Assembly (NCBI GenBank): GCA_017560765.1
Contig: JAFZEI010000015.1
Location: forward strand, 397 to 64,396
Direction: 5' to 3'
From: Clostridia bacterium
Lineage (GTDB): Bacteria; Bacillota; Clostridia; UBA1212; UBA1255
Length of the DNA: 64,000 nucleotides
Positions 58,462-64,000 of this stretch are shown here, in pieces. The translations under genes and the position numbers were made by a program. The notes beneath the pieces were generated by a model. It was not told the origin of the DNA, did no database searches, and saw only the letters and a list, made by a program, of their open reading frames with translations. The number at the start of each line of letters is the position of its first letter. Within the stretch, counting starts at the first letter, position 1.

Positions 58462-61400
58462 TTATTCCGAATCGGTATCGCCTGAAATTCCTACGAAAAC
58501 GTCAGCATCCAAAGCTGTACCCTCTTCGTCGAAATCCCCAACTGCAACATCGACAGTATCATCAAAATCGTCATCATGGAGAACATCTTCCTGTGTATCG
58601 ATGTCGTTGCCCATAAATATTGCACCTGACTCATCTGTAAAAGTCTGGAAATCAGGATTATATACATCCTTCTTTGTTCTGTACTTTTCAGGATTCTTAA
58701 TATAGTCTTCTTCTGCTTCCTTAAGCGGAATTTCTGTATTATCGTCAGTAAAGATACGAACATCAAGAGCCAAACTCTGAAGTTCTTTTACCAATACCTT
58801 AAATGACTCAGGTATACCCGGCTCAGGAACGTTCTCTCCTTTTACAATTGCTTCGTATGTTTTTACACGACCGATAGTGTCATCTGACTTAATTGTAAGA
58901 ATCTCTTGCAATGTATAAGCTGCACCATAAGCCTCCAAAGCCCAAACCTCCATCTCACCGAAACGCTGTCCGCCGAATTGTGCCTTACCACCCAAAGGTT
59001 GCTGTGTTACCAAAGAGTAAGGACCTGTTGAACGTGCGTGGATCTTATCGTCAACCAAGTGATGGAGTTTAAGGTAGTACATATAACCAACGGTTACAGG
59101 ATTGTCAAAAGGCTCACCTGTACGTCCGTCATAAAGTGTTGTCTTACCATCGGGACTCTTTCCTGCTAATTTAAGAGTTTCAATGATGTCATGCTCTGAC
59201 GCACCGTCAAATACAGGCGTAGCAATCTTCCAGCCTAAAGCTTTTGCAGCATAACCCAAATGCACTTCAAGAACCTGACCGATATTCATACGAGAAGGAA
59301 CGCCCAAAGGATTCAATACGATTTCCAATGGTGTACCGTCAGGAAGGAAAGGCATATCTTCCTCAGGAAGAATTCTTGAAATAACACCCTTGTTACCATG
59401 ACGTCCGGCCATTTTATCACCAACAGAAAGTTTTCTCTTCTGTGCAATATAAACTCTTACCATACGGTTAACGCCGGGAGAAAGTTCATCATCATTTTCG
59501 CGAGTAAATTCTTTAACATCAACAACGATACCTGACTCTCCATGAGGAACCTTCAACGAAGTGTCTCTAACGTCTCTGGATTTTTCACCGAAAATTGCAC
59601 GGAGCAAGCGCTCTTCTGCTGTAAGCTCAGTCTCACCCTTCGGAGTTACTTTACCTACAAGAATATCTCCTGCGTGAACCTCAGAACCAACAATAATTAC
59701 ACCGTTAGGATCAAGCATCTTCAATGCATCTTCGCCCACGTGCGGAATCTCAGCTGTAATTTCTTCGGGTCCCAGCTTTGTATCTCTTGCTTCACACTCA
59801 TATTCCTCTATATGAATAGAAGTGTATATATCTTCTTTAACTAACTTTTCACTAATAAGAACGGCATCCTCGTAGTTGTAACCTTCCCAAGTCATAAAGC
59901 CAATCAATGCATTGTGACCCAAGGCAATTTCTCCCTTGTCTGTAGAAGGACCATCTGCAATTACATCTCCTGCTTTTACTTCCTGTCCAAATGTTACAAC
60001 CGGCTTTTGATTAATACATGTGCCCTGATTTGAACGCATATATTTAAGCAGTGTATATTTATCCTCTGTGCCATCTTCTCTTCTGATAGTGATATATTTA
60101 CCGGTTACATCTGTTACAACACCATCATATTTTGAAAGTACAACAGCTCCGGAATCTCTTGCAGCCTTGTACTCAATACCGGTAGCAACGATAGGTGCCT
60201 CAGAACGCATAAGCGGTACTGCCTGACGCTGCATGTTAGAACCCATAAGCGCACGGCTGGCGTCGTCGTTTTCAAGGAACGGAATCATTGCAGCTGCAAC
60301 TGATACAACCTGCTTAGGTGATACGTCCATGTAATCTACGCGTTCGCCTTCAATTTCAAGGAATTCATCGCGGAAACGGCAAACAACTTTACGATTCATA
60401 AAGTGTCCTTCTTCATCCAAAGGCTCATTTGCCTGAGCAACAATATATTTATCCTCTTCATCAGCCATAAGATAGTCAATCTTGTCTGTAACACGCTTTG
60501 TAATAGGATCATACTTTCTATACGGAGCTTCAATGAAACCGTACTCATTGATTCTCGCGTATGTACTTAGCGAGCCAATCAAACCGATATTAGGACCTTC
60601 CGGTGTCTCAATAGGACACATACGACCATAGTGTGAATAGTGTACGTCACGTACATCAAACGTAGCTCTTTCACGATTAAGACCTCCGGGACCCAAGGCA
60701 CTGAGTCTTCTCTTATTGGCAAGCTCTGCCAACGGGTTTGTCTGATCCATAAATTGTGACAACTGGCTGGAACCAAAGAACTCTTTAATTGCTGCTGTCA
60801 CAGGTCTCGTATTAATGAGCGCTTGCGGTGTAACAACATCCTTTTCTTGCATTGCCATACGCTCGCGTACAATTCTCTCCATTCTGGAAAGACCAATACG
60901 AACTTGATTTTGGAGAAGCTCTCCTACCGAACGGATTCTTCTATTGCCCAAATGGTCTATATCATCTGTCTTGCCCAAATCGTACTGAAGATTTAATATA
61001 TAGCTAAATGACGACAAAATATCATCAAGTGTAAGATGCTTCGGTTGGAGATCGTTTACTCTCTCTTCGATTAATTTTTTAAGAACCTCTTCATCTCCCT
61101 CAGCTGCTTCTAAAATCTCGCTGAGTACCGTGAAGTTTACTCTCTCCGTGATACCTAATTCCTTAACATCAAATGTAACGTATTTAGTAATATCAACTGT
61201 GTTATTACCTCTAACTTTAACAGGTCTGTAAGGAGTATTTATTATAACAACATTTACGCCGCTGTCTTGGATTTCTACAGCCTTCTCCTCTGTCAAAACT
61301 TCACCTGCTGATGCAATAACCTCACCTGTACTTGTATTAATAACATCTGCAGCAAGTGTCTTTCCTGTAATCTGTGAGAACAGAGAAAGCTTTTTATTAA

Positions 61401-62277
61401 ATTTATAACGACCCACTTTTGCCAAATCATATCTCTTTGCATCAAAGAACATACCATAAAGCAATGACTTTGCATTCTCTACCAAAGCAGGCTCTCCGGG
61501 ACGAAGTTTCTTATATATCTCAAGTAAAGCAGAATCTGTATCTTTTGTTACATCCTTAAGGAATGTGTTTAAAAGACGCTCATCAATAAGATCCTCGTCT
61601 ATGCCCTCTGCAAACTCAGGTGCGAGCTCGTCCTTTGATATTGCAAATAAATTTTGAATATCAACATTATCACTGTATCCGAAAGCACGCAGGAGAATAG
61701 TTGCGGGAATTTTTCTGTTTCTGTCAATTCTTACATAAATGACATCACTAAAATCAATTTCTGTTTCGAGCCATGCGCCTCTGTTAGGAATAAGTGTAGA
61801 AGCAGTGATATACTTGCCCTTTGTTTTGTCGTAATTTTTCTCAAAATACGCACCGGGGGAACGCACCAACTGGCTCACGATAACACGCTCAGCACCATTC
61901 ATAATAAATGTGCCGTTTTCTGTCATACGGGGAAGTTCACCAAAATAGAGAACATCCTCTTTTATGATGCCCGTTTCTTTGTCAACAACGCGCACACGCA
62001 CCTTTAAGGGCGAAGCATACGTTGCATCTCTTTCTTTACACTCTTCAATTGAATAGTTTGTTTTATTTTCGAGATAATAATCTACGAATTCCAACATCAA
62101 ATTTCCCGAGTAATCGGTGATTGGGGAAATATCCTTAAAGACTTCTTTCAAACCTTCGTCCAAAAAGTGCTGATATGAACTTTTCTGAACAGCAATCAGG
62201 TTTGGCATATCAAGAATTTCCTGTATTCTTGAATAGCTTTTTCTTTCACTCTGACCGTACATTACCGAATGCACCAT
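58462..62277 (-). CDS. rpoB: DNA-directed RNA polymerase subunit beta
   Basis: 1271 aa with conserved beta-subunit regions. Confidence 0.98.
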   Translation of the reverse strand: MVHSVMYGQSERKSYSRIQEILDMPNLIAVQKSSYQHFLDEGLKEVFKDISPITDYSGNLMLEFVDYYLENKTNYSIEECKERDATYASPLKVRVRVVDKETGIIKEDVLYFGELPRMTENGTFIMNGAERVIVSQLVRSPGAYFEKNYDKTKGKYITASTLIPNRGAWLETEIDFSDVIYVRIDRNRKIPATILLRAFGYSDNVDIQNLFAISKDELAPEFAEGIDEDLIDERLLNTFLKDVTKDTDSALLEIYKKLRPGEPALVENAKSLLYGMFFDAKRYDLAKVGRYKFNKKLSLFSQITGKTLAADVINTSTGEVIASAGEVLTEEKAVEIQDSGVNVVIINTPYRPVKVRGNNTVDITKYVTFDVKELGITERVNFTVLSEILEAAEGDEEVLKKLIEERVNDLQPKHLTLDDILSSFSYILNLQYDLGKTDDIDHLGNRRIRSVGELLQNQVRIGLSRMERIVRERMAMQEKDVVTPQALINTRPVTAAIKEFFGSSQLSQFMDQTNPLAELANKRRLSALGPGGLNRERATFDVRDVHYSHYGRMCPIETPEGPNIGLIGSLSTYARINEYGFIEAPYRKYDPITKRVTDKIDYLMADEEDKYIVAQANEPLDEEGHFMNRKVVCRFRDEFLEIEGERVDYMDVSPKQVVSVAAAMIPFLENDDASRALMGSNMQRQAVPLMRSEAPIVATGIEYKAARDSGAVVLSKYDGVVTDVTGKYITIRREDGTEDKYTLLKYMRSNQGTCINQKPVVTFGQEVKAGDVIADGPSTDKGEIALGHNALIGFMTWEGYNYEDAVLISEKLVKEDIYTSIHIEEYECEARDTKLGPEEITAEIPHVGEDALKMLDPNGVIIVGSEVHAGDILVGKVTPKGETELTAEERLLRAIFGEKSRDVRDTSLKVPHGESGIVVDVKEFTRENDDELSPGVNRMVRVYIAQKRKLSVGDKMAGRHGNKGVISRILPEEDMPFLPDGTPLEIVLNPLGVPSRMNIGQVLEVHLGYAAKALGWKIATPVFDGASEHDIIETLKLAGKSPDGKTTLYDGRTGEPFDNPVTVGYMYYLKLHHLVDDKIHARSTGPYSLVTQQPLGGKAQFGGQRFGEMEVWALEAYGAAYTLQEILTIKSDDTIGRVKTYEAIVKGENVPEPGIPESFKVLVKELQSLALDVRIFTDDNTEIPLKEAEEDYIKNPEKYRTKKDVYNPDFQTFTDESGAIFMGNDIDTQEDVLHDDDFDDTVDVAVGDFDEEGTALDADVFVGISGDTDSE

Positions 62278-62550
62278 AATTGATAATCACCTCATATTTT
62301 TTTCCTGCTAACAGCGTATAAGACATGCCCCTCAAAACTACCGCAAACTCCCATTGTACGCTGTAGAAGCTCGTGTTATAATCCCTCTTGTAATGTTCAT
62401 AAAAAATTCATATCCACAAGATGTAGTATGTGAAATTTTTAGACAACAAGACATGGCTGTAGTCCTTGCGAGATTACAACGCAGTTTGTTACTTTATCAT
62501 ATTTCTGTCAATATGTCAACATATTTTTGCGACTCATTTCAGAGAGGGTT

Positions 62551-62589
62551 AAATAAAAAAGTAAATTCCAGTTTAAGCGGAATTTACTT
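62551..62589 (-). terminator. Terminator/attenuator-like hairpin upstream of rpoB (AAGTAAATTCC-loop-GGAATTTACTT followed by TTTTATTT on the minus strand)
   Basis: Perfect 11-bp stem read directly, about 275 nt upstream of the rpoB ATG. Confidence 0.5.
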
Positions 62590-62590
62590 T

Positions 62591-64000
62591 TACATCACAT
62601 TCTTTATGGTGTATTATCTATGTACCTCTCGTTCGCAGTAGAAATGAGGTATATATGGCTAAAAAAATACAAACTAATCAAAAACACTTGACACAGGACG
62701 ACAGAGTTACTATCGAAAAGTGTTTGGATGCAAAAACAACGCTGTGTCATATTGCACAAGAACTCGGAAAGGACCCTACTACTATTGCTAAAGAAATCAA
62801 AAAACATCGAACATTTCAACAGCATAACACTTTCAATGACAAGCCAAACCGTTGTGCATTAGCACCATCTTGTCACAGAAAAAATCTTTGTGAGATATTT
62901 GCTCCCATATGCAAAAAAGAATGCAAATATTGCCCGCGATGTCATAAACACTGTCCAGATTTTATTCCCTATGATTACCATTGTAAACTTACAGATAAAG
63001 CACCTTATGTTTGCAATGGTTGCCAGAAGAAAGCCCAATGTCGCTTAGATAAATATTTTTATCGGGCAACAAAAGCACAAAAGGAATACAAAACCATACT
63101 TTCAGAATCCAGAACAGGCATAAATCTTTCAGAAGAAGAATTGACTCTTCTGGACGAAACTATCAGTCCTCTAGTTCTGCAAGGACAATCTGTTTACATG
63201 ATACTTCAAAATCATCCCGAAATTACTTTGTGCGAAAAAACGATTTACAACTACATCGATTCGGGAGTTTTATCTGTAGGCAATCTTGAACTTCCTAAAA
63301 AGGTAAAATACAAAGTGCGTAAATCTCACGAAACTACAATAAATGATTCAGGCATTTTCGTCGGACGTACATACAAAGATTTTCTCGCTTTTATCAAAGA
63401 AAATCACGATATACGCATTACCGAAATGGATACTGTTTTAGGATGCGAAGGTAGCAAAAAGCTTCTCTTAACATTGCATTTTGGCGAGACCAATTTTATG
63501 ATGGCGTATCTTTTAGACTCAAAAGAAGCACGTGGTATAGAAGCTGTTTTCGATAGTATTAATTCCGCCCTCGGAACGCCTCTATTCTACAAATCAATGC
63601 CTGTAATACTCACAGACAGAGGTGGGGAATTTCGCCATCCCGACACACTTGAATGCAGCGTGGATAATTTAATCAGAACAAGTGTTTTTTATTGTGATCC
63701 TATGTCTTCGTGGCAGAAACCACATTGTGAAAAGAACCACGAATATATACGCAAAATCTGTCCGCAAGGCAAAACCTCTTTCGACAGATTAACACAAGAA
63801 GATGTAAATCTTATGATGAGTCACATTAACAGTTCATGCAGAGAAAGCCTCGGAGGTTTATCTCCTTTTGCTCTTGCAAAACTAATGTTACCAAAAGAAT
63901 TATTGTCATTTTTCAATTTAACGGAAATTCCTCCTGATGACATTATTCTTACGCCAAAGCTCTTAAAGGGTAAAATCGAAGTATGAATAAAAAATCACAG
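62591..64000 (+). mobile_element. IS30-like insertion sequence, partial (right end beyond the window)
   Basis: The transposase ORF fills the segment. The left boundary cannot be placed without the right inverted repeat. Confidence 0.5.
62655..63986 (+). CDS. IS30-family transposase (HTH_38 + DDE/rve core) with a Cys-rich insertion
   Basis: N-terminal HTH (HLTQDDRVTIEKCLDAKTTLCHIAQELG). DDE core signatures (ITEMDTVLG; LTDRGGEF; YCDPMSSWQKPHCEKNHEYIRK, resembling the IS30 YFCDPYSSWQRGSNEN pattern). A 13-Cys segment spans roughly residues 60-135. Confidence 0.75.
   Translation: MAKKIQTNQKHLTQDDRVTIEKCLDAKTTLCHIAQELGKDPTTIAKEIKKHRTFQQHNTFNDKPNRCALAPSCHRKNLCEIFAPICKKECKYCPRCHKHCPDFIPYDYHCKLTDKAPYVCNGCQKKAQCRLDKYFYRATKAQKEYKTILSESRTGINLSEEELTLLDETISPLVLQGQSVYMILQNHPEITLCEKTIYNYIDSGVLSVGNLELPKKVKYKVRKSHETTINDSGIFVGRTYKDFLAFIKENHDIRITEMDTVLGCEGSKKLLLTLHFGETNFMMAYLLDSKEARGIEAVFDSINSALGTPLFYKSMPVILTDRGGEFRHPDTLECSVDNLIRTSVFYCDPMSSWQKPHCEKNHEYIRKICPQGKTSFDRLTQEDVNLMMSHINSSCRESLGGLSPFALAKLMLPKELLSFFNLTEIPPDDIILTPKLLKGKIEV

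Noticed and set aside
1-64000. tRNA/rRNA genes
   Set aside because: No tRNA-like T-arm/acceptor signatures (GGTTCGAATCC-type) or rRNA-like segments could be recognised in any intergenic region by eye. The absence is not proven without tRNAscan/Infernal.

Overview
This looks like a 64 kb chromosomal segment from a low-GC, spore-forming Clostridia-type Firmicute, most likely Ruminococcus/Oscillospiraceae-like (inferred from spmA/spmB, AbrB- and MecA-like regulators, GTP-PEPCK, PFOR and a cohesin-like module). Almost all genes lie on the minus strand. Features in window order:

- A partial secreted protein gene and a small Cys-rich gene.
- GTP-PEPCK.
- The conserved ksgA-yabE-tatD block.
- An acyl-ACP thioesterase.
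- A giant cyclic beta-1,2-glucan synthase-like gene (GT84 + GH94, about 2560 aa) that is split into two frames at an A5/T5 run.
- A polysaccharide deacetylase and deoC.
- An approximately 18 kb Wzx/Wzy-dependent glycan locus: ugd, wecB/wecC, three glycosyltransferases, a PglF/PglE/PglC-type amino-sugar initiating module, and an unusual accessory sub-cluster (MBL-fold, ATP-grasp, SDR, LbH acetyltransferase, LicD, LicC-like, GDPD-like).
- Divergent DtxR/MntR-like and MecA regulators.
- An rpiB-split-transketolase-PFOR operon.
- A surface-anchored acidic-repeat protein, spmA/spmB, and an AbrB-like regulator with an unusual C-terminal 4-Cys tail.
- The str/rpo block (tuf, fusA, rpsG, rpsL, rpoC, rpoB), interrupted between rpoC and rpsL by an autonomous 1378-aa secreted multidomain gene (cohesin-like, ricin-B lectin, NlpC/P60-like).
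- An IS30-family transposase with a Cys-rich insertion immediately upstream of rpoB at the window edge.

No rRNA, tRNA or CRISPR array was recognised. The most interesting candidates are the glycan-decoration sub-cluster, the split Cgs-like gene, the insertion in the str operon and the two secreted proteins sharing a novel N-terminal module.
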